Shown here: in pieces, positions 25,037-40,522 of the stretch
How positions within the stretch are numbered: position 1 is the stretch's first letter
Layout of the letters: every line of letters begins with the position of its first letter
DNA from: Adineta vaga
Taxonomy: Eukaryota; Animalia; Rotifera
Direction: 5' to 3'
NCBI GenBank assembly: GCA_021613535.1
Contig: CP075494.1
Span: forward strand, 15,066,001 to 15,130,000
DNA: 64,000 nucleotides
Made by a program: the position numbers and the translations under genes
The notes under the pieces: generated by a model
Seen by the model: only the letters and a program-made list of their open reading frames with translations
Told to the model about the DNA's origin: nothing
Databases searched by the model: none

Positions 25037-27282
25037 TTAAACTTCTGAAGCTAGTCTAGGTGAATGTGGATCTTGATTTGCTGTTGACAAAGACATTTTC
25101 ATATCAGGTGAAATATTCATTGGTGGACTTGATTCTTCACCTAGGTATTAAAGAAAGTTTCTATATATAAATCATTCAATTGCAACATACTTTGTTTCAT
25201 TGATTCGATCGAAGGTGATTGAGATTCTCGAACAATAATCGAATGAACTCTTTGCTAAAATCAACAAATACAAAAGACTTCTCTGTATTCAAAAAATATT
25301 ACCGTCATTTTCGCTGTTGAAAGACGTTGTGCTTGACTTAATCCATATTTCTTTCCATAAAACAAATAATTTTTCATTCTTAAACAAAATTTCAAACGAC
25401 AAATAATCAAACTCAATGTTAACATTGCTAAAACAAAGATCGATGCAAAAGTTACAATGATCAGTTCAATTGGTCGTAAAAAAGTAGTGAAATTTGTTTG
25501 TTGAAATGATGATGTTGAATTGATTTGAATAAGAAAACAAGACTCATTTGAACGAGAGGAAGAAGAACAAAGTTCATATTGAGATAAAGATAAAGATGAA
25601 TTCGATTCAATAATATTCATTTGACAATCATCAATAAATATTTCATTTTCATCTTTCGATGAAATCACAAATGAAGAAAATGATAAAATCTTTGTATTTG
25701 TTCTCACAACTTGAAGTTGAGCCACAACACTTTTCATTGATAAATCATAAAGTGAATAATAAACATTTTCATGACAAAGATTTGAAGAAAAAGAAAATTG
25801 AAGAAGAATTTGTTGAGATAAAATTTGTTTTGTTAATTGATGTTGAATCGAAATGTGAAGAAAATAAATGATCGATTGATTGAATAAAGAAGGATTTGTC
25901 AATTGAAATGCATAAATATTCGTTTGATTCGAAGAAGAAGAAGAAGGAGGTGAAGAGGGAGAAAGAGAAAAGAGAGATTGAGAATCAATGAGAGAAAGAA
26001 AATATTGATCAGAGAAATAAAAAGAAGGAAGAATTTGAATGAAAAAAAGAATTTGATTTCTTTGTAAAAGTTCTTTCGGAGAGAAAAGAAAGGAATTCTG
26101 TTGAATTGATTGAATTGATGATGAAAAATTAAAATAATTCAATGAAAACATTTCAATTTGATCAAATAAACGAAAATAAATGGAACAATTTGTAATTGAA
26201 GATAAAAATTGTTTTGTTTTTAAATTAAAAAGTTGAATTTGAAAGAAAATCAAAGTTTGATTTAATAAAATTTGTTCATTTAATAAAATTAATTTTCCAT
26301 TTTCATTTATTTTAATATTATTTTCAATATTTTTATCTTTTATTTTATAAATAATATTATTAGATTTTTCATTAATTTCAATTTCACCAATTTCATTATT
26401 TTCTTTTAATAAATATTTCATTTGAATTATAAATTTATAATTTAATTTGAGAAAATGAATTCGTTGAATTTCAATTTGAATTTTCATTGAATTATTTAAT
26501 CTTTCTTCTCGACATTTTTCTTTTGGATTACAATCAAATGAATTTATAATTAATTCATAAAAATCTTTATTTTCATTTACAAATGAAAATTTTAATAAAA
26601 TTTGATCAAATTGATTGGAATTTTGTGATTTCGAAATTAAAATTAATTGAAATAAATTTGAACAATTTTTTTCTTTATTTTTATTAATTAATGAACAATC
26701 TAATTCATATTCAATATTATTATTTATTCCTTCATCTAAATCATTTGCACCTTCAATTGTTATTTGATATTTCATTTCTTCATTTTCTTTTAATTTTATT
26801 TCAATTAATTCATTTTTAAATTTGGGTTTATTATCATTGACACTTTAATTTGTTATAAATAAAATATTATTTTATAGAACAAAAAACAACAAATCAACAA
26901 CTTACTCAACAATATGAATTGGAATAACAAAATATCTTTGACCATCATTGATTAAAATATGAATTTCAATTAAACATGAAAAACGATCAAAACATTTTTT
27001 ACTTTGAACAAATTCTTCACGATCAATTTCTTCTTCTATTATCAAATGTTTATCTTTTATTCTAAAATATCTTCTTTCAAATCCACTTAAATTTAATAAA
27101 TAATATTTTGACATTTCTTCTTCTTCTTTTTCTTCTTCTTTTTCGTCATCGAATCGAAGAAGAATTGTACCAACCGGAAGATTTTCTTTCATTTCAATTG
27201 TTTCAAATGTTTTGATTGATGTTATGGATTCACTTACACGAATAATCATTATTAAAATTAATAAATAGTGTTCAAATAACAT
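25037..27282 (-). CDS. Divergent protocadherin-like type I membrane protein, copy A (4 exons)
   Basis: Signal peptide; ENLPVGT, IDREE, spliced DVNDNKPKF and ANDLDEG cadherin motifs; TM IIVTFASIFVLAMLTLSLIIC; tail ends RLASEV*. Confidence 0.78.
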
Positions 27283-27990
27283 TCTTTGTCGAATATGTTT
27301 TAATGATCTAAAATATAAAGAAAAAAACTAAACTTCACTTCGAACATTTCGTTATATGACATGAGTCAATATTGAACACAAAGAGAAAGAGAGAGAGGGA
27401 ATAATTAACTCATTGACGTCTTTAGTTAAACAATTCTCACTTTCAATGTCTACAATCAAAAGCACGCACAACTCATCAATCCGTCTTACGTCTGTCGTCT
27501 TCTTCTTCTTCTTCTTTAACTATTAACTTTGGACACACGCACAACAATGACCAATCTGTGAACATCAAAGAATGGGCGATCGACGGACGAGAGGAACACA
27601 CAGGTTTCGTCGAGTGATTGATTAATTGAAATAATGACAACGACAAAAGTACAGAAAAAGAAAAGGGAAAAAACGGAAGTTTGACGTGAAAAGACAAATC
27701 ACCTCTCTTTTCTGAACATATCTGTGTAAATGAAGAAGATGAAAGAATATGAAACTTGTCTTTGTTGTTGTGGTTGTTTGTTGTTCTTATTGATTTGTGA
27801 AAAGAGAATGTCTGAATGCGCGTGTGTCGATAAATAATTTGTATGTTGAGATGATTTGAACAGATGATCATCAAGAGATGCAATGAAGCAACGCTAACTA
27901 TTTGTTTTGCTACTTTTCTTCTCTTTCTCTTTCTCTCTCTCTCTGATTCGAAGAAAATACAATAGCAGAAAGGTTATTTAGCCGATATCG
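25180..27990 (-). repeat. Left arm of a ~2.8 kb near-identical inverted repeat
   Basis: Reverse complement of ~40523-43320, including the upstream non-coding sequence. Confidence 0.92.
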
Positions 27991-28627
27991 GTCGTGTCAT
28001 TGTTGATTGTTAAACAAATTGTTCCAATTAGAGAATCGAAAAAAGAAAATTGTATGTTGTAAGATGCAGGTGAGCGAATGATTAGAAAGATCCGGTGTTA
28101 AAGTTTACATAGATGCAAATCAAAGAGGAAAGTGATCAATGAGACATAAAAAAACTGGCCTTAGACAGGAAATCAACAGTCGAGTGCGATGTTAACTGGA
28201 CATCGCATCATCAGTTCTTTTCATTTCAATGCGCTCTACAAACAATAGAAGTAATGCTTGTGGATATGTAGCGATTAAGTGAAAGAAGAAGAAAAAAAAG
28301 CAGGTGACACACCTTAACATAGGCGTCTGTGTTCTAATCATTTCCAGAAGATATTATTCTTTATCAAAGCAATACGAGAATTGTTCGTTAAAAACACAAA
28401 AATATGAATTCAATTTCGTCTGTCTTGGTTCGAACCTTTATAACAACCGTGAATGACATGATCTATCAGATCTATCAAACTTCATTGGACAATATCATAT
28501 ATCTTTTATCATGCAGGTTTTTATTTACTAGTGAGATTAAAGTTTACACTACAAAATAAAAAATCATGGAGAGAGAGATATATTTGTGACAAGGTCATGT
28601 TAGTTGAAAAAAAATGTCATTGTATCT

Positions 28628-29074
28628 TTAATTTTTTGTAGCTACTTCTGGATGTGTATAACGATAATGGGCAATGCGTGCTAATTGTTGTGCACCGACA
28701 AATGCTAAGAATATATTGACTGCAAATAACATGTAGTTTTTTGGTACAATAACCATTGAATATCGACTCCAAATAGTACCGGTTGCGAATAAAGATATCG
28801 ATTGATTCAATGAAAGTTTATTCGCTGGACGAAGCATGTCACCGAAACCAGCGCCGACTAATGACCATTTCATTAATGGTGCCCAAAAATGAATATATTT
28901 CATTCCAGCTGGATGTTCCCTATAGATATGAATAGAAAAAGAAATGAAATAAAACAAAACAAAAATTTCCCTATTGAAAAATAATTACCATTTAACAATC
29001 TTTTTCATACCCGGTGATAAAACTCGATCACCAGTACGAACGGCTACACGGTACAAATCCGAAAGAATCAACAT
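28628..29074 (-). CDS. MPC2: Mitochondrial pyruvate carrier 2, 2 exons
   Basis: Spliced WEHPAGMKYIHFWAPLMKW...ATGTIWSRYSMVIVPKNY. Confidence 0.92.
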
Positions 29075-29449
29075 TATTTTCGTTAGATTTATTCAATCTA
29101 AATACAAAATTGATCATTTTATAATTGAATTTGACTATAAACGAATATTTTTCAAATCAAGGAAAAAGAAATTACAAACGCTGAAATCCAAAAGGACGGT
29201 AAAGTATAGAAAGAAAAACAAAAGAGAAGAAAAATCAATTAGTTCTTTGACAGATGTATATGAAATTTGACTTGAATATTTCTGTTTAAATATTGCACTT
29301 ATAACAAATAAAAACAAACATGACATTGAAAAGAACACCGTTTGTTTCACTAATGACAGAAAATATAAAAATAGGAAAGAAAAAAAAACAACAACACTGT
29401 TTATTAGATTAGCATAATATACAAATTGACTATGACAAGATTTGATATT

Positions 29450-31164
29450 TCAACTAAAGCCGGGTGGTGGTGAACCAACATCGATGAGGATATGAGTAAA
29501 TAAGGGATAGGATATAATAGAAGTTAGATTATATCGAGCTGATGAAACACCATCCCATGTGTACCGTTTAGCAGCTGAATAGAGTAATTTTGCTCTAGAA
29601 AAAGAAAATGAAATTATGTATGTAATTGTGAATAATTTAGATAAATTTTACCGTTTATTCCAAATCGATGGTGTTCGTTTCGTATGTTGAAGCATTCGAT
29701 ATCTTGCAATCGATGAAGGTGGACGAATAACTTTTAAAGAGATTTCTTTTAACCTAAATAAAACCGAAAAATCTTTTCCAAATTCAATTTTATTTCTCAT
29801 ACCGATAATATAAATCATCATCTTCAGCTCCCCAACCCCAATATAGATTACTATAACCATTAACAGCTAGAAAATGTTCCATTCGTATGTTAAATACACC
29901 ACCAATCAATTCTTCATAAGTTAATCTAAATTTATATTAAAAATTCAATCCTATTTCTTTTGTTTCTTTCTCTATTTACTTATAATTCATTTCATTAACA
30001 GCAACTGACATATGTCGAGGAAATATTGGACATGAATACATATTTCGATCATCTTCAGGTATCAAATCCACATCATGAAAGACAAAACATTGAAAATCAT
30101 ATTCACTAGATGCATAAATAAAAGCTGCATTCATTAAAACAGCTTTATTATATGTTCCATTTCCAATCTGTTCGGAAACATAGATTTTATAATCAAGTTC
30201 TTGTCTTTGTAAAATTGGATGTAAATAATAAAGTAAGGTTAATAAATGTTCAAATCGATCGCGATATGGAATAATAATTGCAACCTAAATCAAAATAAAA
30301 AGAATTTTTTATTTGTCAATTACAAATTTCATGTAGAAGATTAGATTCAAAAGCAGTAAAGAAGTTTTATTTTTGTTAGGAAAGACTTACATTGATACTC
30401 CTTCGATTCGAAAGAAAAAGAATGAAAATAGGAAAACTAATGAATTTGATTTTATATTATATGTTACCCTATGACGTGCAAGACAATGCGTCGGTGACCA
30501 TTGACCACCTGATCTGACATTGGAATAATTCATTTCCATTTCATATAATGATATATTTGAAACAGTTCCATTCTCATCAAATATTCGACCTTCTACAAAA
30601 TCATATAATTTTATTATGGATTATTTCATTCGACAGTTAGTTCTTACTTAATTGACTAGGTTGTTCAGGACAATACTTTCTTTTTTTAAATGAAGATGTT
30701 TTATTTGTTATATGATTTAGTAAATAGGAAGGTTTTGTTTGTTGTTGAGAAAGTTGATTGTTGGAATTTGTTTGATTGTTATAGAAATTAAATAAATATT
30801 CGAAACGATAAAGATATGTTTGTATATGGAAAAGAAGACGCCATTTATCAATCGGTAGAACATTTGCACTGAGTATACGTTCCATACTTTCGTCCATTTG
30901 TTTTAATTCTCCTTGAATCTTTTGCATGGCAGAAAAATTCGTTCCATATCGAGATGAATGAACAACAAGAATTTGTGAGAGAATAATAATAATTAAAAAG
31001 AGAAAGAATAATAAGATTAGAATTGGTGGAATGTCACGACGAAGATTATTTGTCGATGATACTGGATCATGATGATAACGATATAATTGTTGTGATGATT
31101 GAGGTGTATGTTGTTGTTCACGTACACGATCAGTATTAAGTAAAGCTTGATATCTTGTATACAT
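29450..31164 (-). CDS. GT7 beta-1,4-galactosyl/N-acetylgalactosaminyltransferase, multi-exon
   Basis: Type II TM, then VAIIIPYRDR, LHPILQRQELDY, FVFHDVDLIPEDDRN, PRHMSVAV and NGYSNLYWGWGAEDDD read on the minus strand. Confidence 0.9.
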
Positions 31165-31755
31165 CGGGAGAATCTTGATTACATTTTGAAATAGTTCGTT
31201 AGCATTATGAAAAGAAAAAGTCAATGATCTAAAAGTCAAGAACGGTACTATTTCTTCTTTTTCTTTTTTTATAACAACATAAAAGTCAATTTTAATTGTA
31301 CAATATGTACTCGAAGTCATAAATAGGCACGAACAAAGAATAAATGTTTCTCATCTTCTTCTTCTTCTTCTTTCCATCTCTCGTCTTCTTTGTCAGGAAG
31401 CTGTTATTTCGGCTCATTGTTTTCTCATCATGACGATGTAAGAGAATAAGAAGCAAGAAAAAAAACTTGCGCTCATGAAAGTGGTCGTTTTCCTTTTTTT
31501 AATGGGCGAACAAAATCATCATGCATTTGCATAGGAAAAAGCGTCTGTCGATACGTCGACAATCGGATTCAACTTCGAGATAGATAAACATTTAATGATT
31601 GAGAAAAATGCTTCGCTTTTATTCTATTCATGCATACATGCAAAGATTTAATTGAATAAGACAGAAATGAATTTGATTTATTGAAGAAATATTCTACTAC
31701 AGACCTTTCGAAGAGAAATTAATTGAATGAGAAAATGAAGCAAGAGAGAAAAATT

Positions 31756-32749
31756 TCATTTTTGTTTTTTCTTGTTTAAATAAGCATTTTGTGTAGCATA
31801 ACCTGTAGCTGGAACATTTGTATTACTGTAAACTTGACTTGAAATACGATTGATATAATAAAGTGCAATCATTGAGAAGATAATACTGAAATATTCAAAT
31901 AGAAATTTTTCCTTCTTATTATTATTCATTGTATTCTCTTGAGAATAAAAGAAAGAAAAAACACTATGTCAAAGTCATGTAAGTTCACGATGTGACTGAT
32001 CACGATTTCTTATTTTAAATTCAAATGAATAGATTCACAGCTGTTCTTAATATAAACCAGGAGAAAAAGGAAATATTCAACGAATACGTTTATCACATCA
32101 TTTCATGGACACTTGCTGTATCTCCATAGACTATCATTTAGTATTCCGATAAAAACACATTGCGATTCAGCAGAGACTGAAATCCATGAAACGTGCTATG
32201 TTTACCAGAAGAAATAAGAACATCATTACTTGAATAATAATGATAGATAATTAGATACTTTTCTGTACAGTTAATATTTCTAATAACAGTTCATCTAGTA
32301 ATCTTACCAAGTTGTTACACAAACTCGATGAACAAAGGCGCAACAGATCATGGAAATAAATAAACATGAAACGACTAGAATCAATTCAATTTTGTTTAAC
32401 GTAGAAAATTCATTTCATTTTACCTTCCGGAACGATTCTTGCTTGATAATTTGGTCCAATAGTATTCATTTCAAAATTACTTGTAGCCTAGAAGAAGTTA
32501 ATTTTTGATTCAATCAATTCTTTAACTTTTAAATCATACCGTTAACAATGAAATGAATAGTAATGAACCAAGGAAACCACCGACGATCGTCAATGGTTGA
32601 CTAGATGCCAGTTGAGAACGAAATAATTGCATTGATGCAAATAATAATAAACTAATCAGAAGGGAAATAAGAAATGATGTCGCATGAGATGCAGCTAAAC
32701 ATAAATTCAAATATTAAGATGAATATTTTTTGTGTTTTAATTTACCCAT
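31756..32749 (-). CDS. KRTCAP2: Keratinocyte-associated protein 2 (KCP2, OST accessory subunit), multi-exon
   Basis: Spliced LLLFASMQLFRSQLASSQPLTIVGGFLGSLLF...VHRVCVTTCIIFS...INRIS. Not in the ORF track. Confidence 0.88.
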
Positions 32750-33275
32750 AACGAATTGTTTGATCACAGATAGTCTTTGTTAAGTAAATCTAAAAAATAA
32801 CAATGATGAATTATCTTTATGTATCGATAGGACCGTATTTATTATTCTATTTTGAATAAGCGAAAAGAAATCATTGAAGCGATTTTGCACCATGTTAATC
32901 TATATCTATAAATAAACATGTAATATATAAGAATGATTCATAATAGGACCGGAAGCTAATCAATTCGTCGAAGGACATTTGAGAATTTTTATTTCTTCAT
33001 GAAATATTTTCTCGAATTAACAATGAATAATTTCATTGGAATAGAAAATTTTATGGAATATGAAATGAAATCAATATATTTTTTTGTTTCGATAAACAAA
33101 TCAACCAATCAGATGTTTAGGATGAGTCATCATCAACTTCCTCGCAAATATTATTCTTATAGGACGATGCCAACTAAAAATTCCTTTCATTTTTCGAAAC
33201 TTCTAACATTCAGTATGATTTGGAACATCAATTAAAATGTTTTTCCTTCTTCAGAAATAGTTTCTATATATATAA

Positions 33276-34439
<1,164 letters not shown>

Positions 34440-34602
34440 AACAGATGTCAAAGAGAATATTGACTAAATCGTCCAATTTTTGTGATATACTTGTTCTTAT
34501 GAATGAATTTTTTTTATAAAAATATATTTTCCTTTTATCAAATAAATTCAAATTCATCTGGAATAGTTTCCATTTTGATATTTCAAACAACACTGTAGAT
34601 AA

Positions 34603-35418
34603 ATGTTTACCGCTGATAAAATTGATGATTGTGGTGTTTGGTTAGGTGATGTAACCGCATCAGAAAATCATCAAGCTCTTAATAATCATCAAATAACTCA
34701 TATAGTAACAATACTTGATTATAAACCAAGAAATCTTGATTCAAATCGTACGTATTTATTTATCGATGCTGAAGATCTTCAATCAACAGATTTATTAACA
34801 AATGAATTCGACAAATGTTTTCAGTTTATTGAACAAGCAATTCAACAAGGTCATCAAGTGTTAATTCATTGTCATGCAGGTGTATCACGTTCAGCAACAA
34901 TTGCAGCGATGTATCTAATGCGAAAGTATTCATTAACACGAGAAGAAGCATTGGAAAGATTAAGAAATAAACGACGCTATTGGTCGGTTTTACCAAATGA
35001 TAGTTTCCTTCGACAACTCGACTTATTTCATCAAATGAATTATAAAATTGATTTCGAAAATGAACTTTATAAAGACTTTCAACGACAACGATTCATTCTC
35101 ATTGAATCGAAAACATCTACAAAGAATGAATATTTACCTTCAGATGATATTGAGAAAAAATATCAATGTCGTCAGTGTCATTGGAAACTATTTACTGGTA
35201 ATGATATTCAAATACATGAACTTCAATGCAAAAATTCCACTCAAATGTTTACATTTTTTCTGGATTGGATTGAGGAAATCTTCAATAATCCAATAGGAAT
35301 AATTTATTGTCCAAATTGTAAAGTTTGTCTCGGTGAATATTCTCTTCAAGGTTTACAATGTGTCTGTCATCAATGGATAAAACCTGCTTTCGTATTTCAA
35401 TGTCATTTGATTGAATAA
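34603..35418 (+). CDS. DUSP12: Dual-specificity phosphatase 12 / YVH1-like, intronless
   Basis: HCHAGVSRS active site plus a C-terminal Zn-binding region (CRQC, CPNC, QCVCHQWIKPAF). Confidence 0.85.
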   Translation: MFTADKIDDCGVWLGDVTASENHQALNNHQITHIVTILDYKPRNLDSNRTYLFIDAEDLQSTDLLTNEFDKCFQFIEQAIQQGHQVLIHCHAGVSRSATIAAMYLMRKYSLTREEALERLRNKRRYWSVLPNDSFLRQLDLFHQMNYKIDFENELYKDFQRQRFILIESKTSTKNEYLPSDDIEKKYQCRQCHWKLFTGNDIQIHELQCKNSTQMFTFFLDWIEEIFNNPIGIIYCPNCKVCLGEYSLQGLQCVCHQWIKPAFVFQCHLIE

Positions 35419-35847
35419 AAATTGCAAGATAATTTGATTTTTGTACGTGTCTCTATGCCCACCTTGATTTCTAAATAATAGAACGGATAAGAATTGATGA
35501 TGATCTTTTACTTGTCCAATAATTGTACAACGAAACATTCTTTCATTCGTGGTCAATAACTATCTATTAAGAAAAGAATGTTTCTTTTTCCTGATCGGAT
35601 GGCGAGTATTTGTTAAAGTCTTAACTCTACCGATGATGTTAAACAATCTCTTTTCTCTCTCTCTCTGAATATTCGTACGTGTAGATGTTAGAGAAAATCG
35701 TCTTGATCGAATGTTTGCATATATGCGAATATTTCACGGCCATCATCATTCTTTTCATTGTATATTTGAATAACACGACAAAAGAAAAACGAGAGAAAAA
35801 TTTAAGAAGTGAGGAAGACATGATTTGAATCATCAGTTAAGACAATC

Positions 35848-37686
35848 ATGGACGCACGATCACGCATGTAGAAATTTCTTTCTTTATTGGAAAATATCCT
35901 TGTTTTCATTCAATATTGATATCTTTCTAATAGAAGTGGACCTTATACGGAAGGAACGGCAGAATATGTTCGAAATGGTGGGCGATATGCACTAGCTACA
36001 GCTGTTCTTGATAGTATCGTACTTGTATTTGCTGTTATCGTCGCATTTCTTCTTCGGTAGATTTGAAGAAGTAAAAAAAACGTTTGAAAATCAATCGAAT
36101 TTTTTCATTTCTAGTGCATCGGATATCTTTCCTGTTCGACAACAACGATTTTTATGTGATGATGCTCGTTATTATCAATCCTATGAAGATGCCAATACCG
36201 AACGAACTTATATAATTCTTTCCAATCTTACACTTTATATATTATGCTTAGCAGTTCCAATTCTTATCGTAATACTTCATCAATGGACGATCTTCTCAGT
36301 TCTTCTTCTCTTTTTTTGTGTTTAGATTTCAATCATTGAATTAATTCGTTCATTTGTAACATATAATTCTTATCGAGCTCGTTTTGCTGTTCGTTTTAAA
36401 GAATGTTTACTTCGATCATTAGCTCGTATTTTGAAATATACTTGTAAGTTGATTGATTGATCGATTAATTTGATTATGTAAATTTTCCTTTGAACTTTAG
36501 CGGTATTCATATTTGGTGCATTGGCAACGACTGTTCTTACAGATATTTTAAAAATTATGTCCGGACGTTTACGACCATACTTTTTAACTTTATGTAATCC
36601 CGATCAAAAATCATGTAATGGAATGGGTAGGTTCTTCATCCAAGAAATATTCAGCATTATTAAGAACTATTTTAGGTTTAACCGATGCAGAATTCGTATG
36701 TCCTCGAAGAATATGACTGGATTATTACGAGAAGCAAGGTAGGATCTATGACAACTTCTTCTATATTCATTCCTTTCAATTGATTTTCTCTAGACTTTCG
36801 TTTCCATCGTTACATGCTTCGTTATCGATGTATAGTGCAATGTTCCTTGCTGTAAGTGAAGAAATTAAACCATAAAGAAAATTTTATATTCAATTGTTTA
36901 GATTTATCTTCATCGTGGGATACGTATTGAACGTGTTCGAATTGTCAAACCATTTTTGATTTTATCAATAGTTACATTATCAATTGTCGCCGGTGGTATT
37001 CGATTAGCAAGTAATAAAAATCATTGGGAAGATGTGGCATTTGGATTTGCACTAGGAACATTGATTGCTTTTTATCTCGTAATATTCAAATTAAAAATAA
37101 GATATTATTTATTCTCATTTAATCTTAGATGAAAACTCTTCGATCATCTAAACCATACTTTGGTTCACCATTAGCTAAAAATGGAAATTATGATGATTAT
37201 CAAAGTTATGTGGAAGATCAAACACAATATAATAAAGAAGTAACTAAAAATGAATTGAAAATTTATTTTGAAAGAACGTTTATTAATATAGATGGATGCA
37301 ACATATGCTCCGGGAATGGACGCTGTCTATCAAACAACAGGTTATAGTGTTAGTGGTCCTGAACAATTTTCTTTACAACCAAGTGCATCTCAAGGTAAGA
37401 AATCATTTTGAAGATGTTGAAAGTGATTTATAATGAGAATTCAGGTCATATAGCTGGTGGTTTTGCTCGTCATCGATATGATCTTCGAACTCAACAACAA
37501 CAAGCTGCTGCTGCTGCTGCTGGACTTGCACCACAACAAATTTCATTGGATAAAACAGGTACAACTGTCGGTCGTGGAGAAGCAACGAATGGTGTTGTAC
37601 AACATCTTGTTCATCAAATTCAACATCAACCACATACATCAACAAGTAGTCAACGTGCAAGTACATCAATGAGTGCACTTAGATAA
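35848..37686 (+). CDS. PAP2-superfamily lipid phosphate phosphatase-related (PLPPR-like) protein, multi-exon
   Basis: C1 KIMSGRLRP, C2 SFPSLHAS and C3 IRLASNKNHWEDV motifs; long low-complexity C-terminal tail. Confidence 0.8.
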
Positions 37687-38584
37687 ATATTTCAAATAGG
37701 AAACAGATTTTATTTCATTTTGTTGCATTCAGGGTGCTTGAATATTCACAAGTAGATTTTCGCTTTCTTTTTCTTAATCATTTTATTTTTTTTTGTTTTG
37801 GAGTGAATATTTTACATTAAAAGCAACAAATAGTGTTAAATTCAAACAATACATAAAATGAGGCGAGAACAACAAAAACGACATCAAAAGAAATATCGAT
37901 GAGTTAATTTTTGTTTCCATTGGAATCGATCGATTTTGATATAGGATACTGATCCTAATTTCGGTTGAACTTGTGCTTTGATTCTCAATTTGTATTTTTC
38001 ATCGATATACTTAAGTAATAATATAGCCGGAATTTACAAATACGTTCATTCACTTTTCCTCCTATTAATTTTAGTACGAATTGAGTGTCATACCAAGTTC
38101 TTCACCATATTGTGTATTTGATGATAAAAACTACAAAACGAAATTGACGTTGAGAACATTTGGGATAAGATGCTTCGAAGACAAATTTTTGGATTTTTCA
38201 GTCGAACAGCTCGAATTTATAAAGTTGTGGATGGTTAAAATAAATATGTTTTATATCTTGGTGTAAAAGATTTTTGATCAATGAATCGCTGAATCATTTT
38301 CAGTAATCGTATGTCTTTATTTATTAGTCTACGCTGGTAGTTAATGTTTGAAATGAATATGTATGATTCAAACATTATTCGAAATACTCACATAGACATA
38401 CGTATTCCCTTATCTTCCGTTTACTTGTTAAATACTCACGTTTCACTATGAAGGACTATTGATTAAGAGAAGTTGTTTCTCCGACCAGCTATCATCGATT
38501 TTATTCTTTTTTACATTTCTTATCTTTCTTGTTTGACGTAGTCTTTGCACCTATGGCACATATTCCTCTTTTATTATCATACTG

Positions 38585-39657
38585 ATGACTTCAATGCCTA
38601 ATCGTCAATTGGGTAAAAATGGACCTAAAGTATCAGCGATTGGTTTTGGAGCAATGGGATTTGCAGGATTTTATGGCGTATCAGGTTCGGATGAAGAACG
38701 ATTTCAAGTTCTTGAACGAGCCATTGAACTTGGAAGTACATTTATTGACAGTTCGGATGTTTATGGCGATAACGAAGATTTACTTGGAAAGTTTTTTCAA
38801 AAATATCCACAACAACGTGAAAAAGTTTGTAAAAAATCCAATCGAAGAGTTTTATATCTTTCCATATAGGTATTTCTTGCTACAAAATTTGGTAATACAT
38901 ATCTTTCTGATGGTACACGTCGTGTTCGTGGTGAGCTCAATATGTTCGTGAAGCCAATGCTAAAAGTTTAAAACGTCTCAACTTGGATTACATCGATCTC
39001 TATTATGCTCATCGGATCGATAAAACTGTTCCAATTGAAGAAACAATGAGTGTTTTAAAAGAACTTGTTGAAGAAGGTAAAATCAAATATATTGGTTTAT
39101 CTGAATGTTCCAGCGATACACTTCGACGTGCTTATGCAATTCATCCTATTGCTGCTGTTCAAATTGAATATTCACCATTTAGTTTAGATATTGAACATAA
39201 AGAGATAGGTCTTTTGAAAACCTGTCGACAGCTCGGTGTAGCTATTGTATGTTATTCACCATTAGGTCGTGGTATATTAACGGGACAAATCAAAAGTTTA
39301 GATGATTTAGAAGAAAATGATTCTCGTCGACGAATGCCTCGATTTTCTCAAGAAAATTTCAAGAAAAATCTTCATTTAGTTGATATTTTAACATCATTAG
39401 CAAAGAAAAAGAACTGTACGTCGAGTCAATTAACCTTAGCTTGGATATTAGCTCAAGGTGAAGACTTTATCGTTATTCCAGGGACGACAAAAGTCAAAAA
39501 TTTAGAAGAAAATATTGCTGCAGCACAAATTCAATTGACTAAAGACGAAATTGAGGAAATTCGACATGCTTGTGAAAGCACAAATATCATTGGTGGACGA
39601 TATCCTGAAGCATTATCTGCGCTTTTATACGCTGATTCTGCACCGAAACAAAACTAA
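38585..39657 (+). CDS. Aldo-keto reductase (fungal/bacterial YakC-like); one intron; 1-nt frameshift at ~38936
   Basis: GPKVSAIGFGAMG, DSSDVYG, FLATKFG, DYIDLYYAHR, KYIGLSE, QIEYSPF and YSPLGRG. As written, exon 2 stops at GTT TAA unless one base is restored in GAG CT CAA. Confidence 0.88.
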
Positions 39658-40522
39658 CTCAACCATTGTCTAAATTTTCATATAAAAAAGACGATAATAC
39701 TCTGTCATAACAAAAAAAATTTTCAATGAACTTAGTGGCGTCGTGTATATAAACAGTTAGATAATCAGACTCCTTGACGAAAAGAAAAACATGTTCGATT
39801 TCGACGAATTCAATTGCAAAGCACTTCACACAGCAGGAAATCGATACAGTCAGATTGGTAATGAGAAACGAAAATAATTTGAGCAAGGTTGTTAACGTTT
39901 AAATGAATTAAAAATGACATGCTGAGACGACTAGCCATTCCAAGAGTCATTTAAATGATGACAATTCAAAACTAGACAACATCACCCACTGTTCGAAAAC
40001 AACAAAATGTGAAAAAATGATTGACAAAAAGTAGTAACACGTAACACAATCAGAATAACAATGAAGATTTTCTTTTCATATTGATTGATTACGAGACATA
40101 TTGATATTGACCTCGTCATCTTCTTTTTTTCTTCGCTTTGTAAAAGTATAACACCTGCCTATTTTCTCTCACTTCATCAATATATACACGTGCAAATGTT
40201 CATTCTTTTGTTTGTCCAATGTGTTCAAAGACCGAACATCATATACATAGAACAAAGTTATCATCACACTCGACTGTCGATTTCCTGTGTTCGTTGTTCG
40301 AGGCATACTTTTTCATGTCTCATTGATTACCTTCCTTTTTTTTATCGGCTACGCCTGGACAATGTAAACTGTAGAACCGGATCTTTCTAATTATCATTCT
40401 CTCACCTGTTCGTGACAATTCAACTTTCGTTTATGTTTTACAATCGAATTGGAAAATCGACATTCCCTCAAGGACATATCCGCTTACTGAATAATCGTTA
40501 AAAGGATAAAATAATAAGAGCG

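Noticed and set aside
27476-27883. ORFs upstream of the cadherin-like genes (also 40551-41023)
   Set aside because: Indels between the two copies change the reading frames, so this looks like duplicated promoter/UTR sequence.
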